A stretch of DNA of 64,000 bases, from NCBI GenBank assembly GCA_951406725.2, contig OX597835.1:1612001-1676000 (forward strand), read 5' to 3'. The notes beneath the pieces were generated by a model, which did not search any database, had not been told where the DNA came from, and worked only from the letters and a program-made list of their open reading frames with translations. This document shows, in pieces, positions 63,516 through 64,000 of the stretch (positions are counted from its first letter, which is position 1; every line of letters starts with the position of its first letter). The stretch is from Octopus vulgaris (lineage: Eukaryota). Both the position numbers and the translations under genes were made by a program.

Positions 63516-64000
63516 TAGGTACTCAACATGAGAAGCAGTAGTACTCAGCATGAGATGCAGTGGTACTCAGCATTAGAAGCAGTGGTACTCAGCATGAGAA
63601 GCAGTGGTACTCAGCATTAGAAGCAGTGGTACTCAGCATTAGAAGCAGTGGTACTCAGCATTAGAAGCAGTGGTACTCAGCATGAGAAGCAGTGGTACTC
63701 AGCATTAGAAGCAGTGGTACTCAGCATGAGAAGCAGTGGTACTTAGCATTAGAAGCAGTGGTACTCAGCATGAGAAGCAGTGGTACTCAGCATTAGAAGC
63801 AGTGGTACTCATGCATGAGAGGCAGTGGTACTCAGCATGAGAAGCAGTGGTACTCAGCATGAGAAGCAGTGGTACTCAGCATTAGAAGCAGTGGTACTCA
63901 GCATTAGAAGCAGTGGTACTCAGCATGAGAAGCAGTGGTACTCAGCATTAGAAGCAGTGGTACTCAGCATGAGAAGCAGTGGTACTCAGCATTTGAAGCA
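63516..64000. repeat. 22-bp minisatellite GCAGTGGTACTCAGCAT(T/G)AGAA, ~22 copies, runs off the window end
   Basis: Units start at 63601, 63623, 63645 and so on. Confidence 0.95.

Noticed and set aside
63516-64000. CRISPR-like array
   Set aside because: Units are head-to-tail with no unique spacers, no cas genes are present, and the context is eukaryotic

Overview
AT-rich, repeat-dense eukaryotic genomic DNA. The tRNA-derived SINE families, RTE/CR1 LINE debris and (TA)n/(CA)n load point to an octopus-like coleoid cephalopod; this is an inference. I reconstructed two spliced genes by hand that the ORF track misses. The first is the 3' part of an RNF4-like SIM + C3HC4 RING E3 ligase on + (5 exons, 2690-8739). 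The second is a complete SNRNP27 (U4/U6.U5-27K) on - (8 exons, 28293-9743, 178 aa). They converge with stop codons about 1 kb apart. The rest is nested transposon debris: SINEs, RTE, CR1-like, HERO, Penelope, Gypsy, mariner, piggyBac-type MITEs and Helitron-like elements, plus microsatellites and a terminal 22-bp minisatellite. A possible third spliced transcript lies at about 43.3-51.4 kb. The most interesting signals are a SINE with a hammerhead-like tail, a long SINE-SINE hairpin beside the last SNRNP27 splice acceptor, and a SIM-like exon in SNRNP27. Most ORF-track entries are microsatellite or repeat artefacts.
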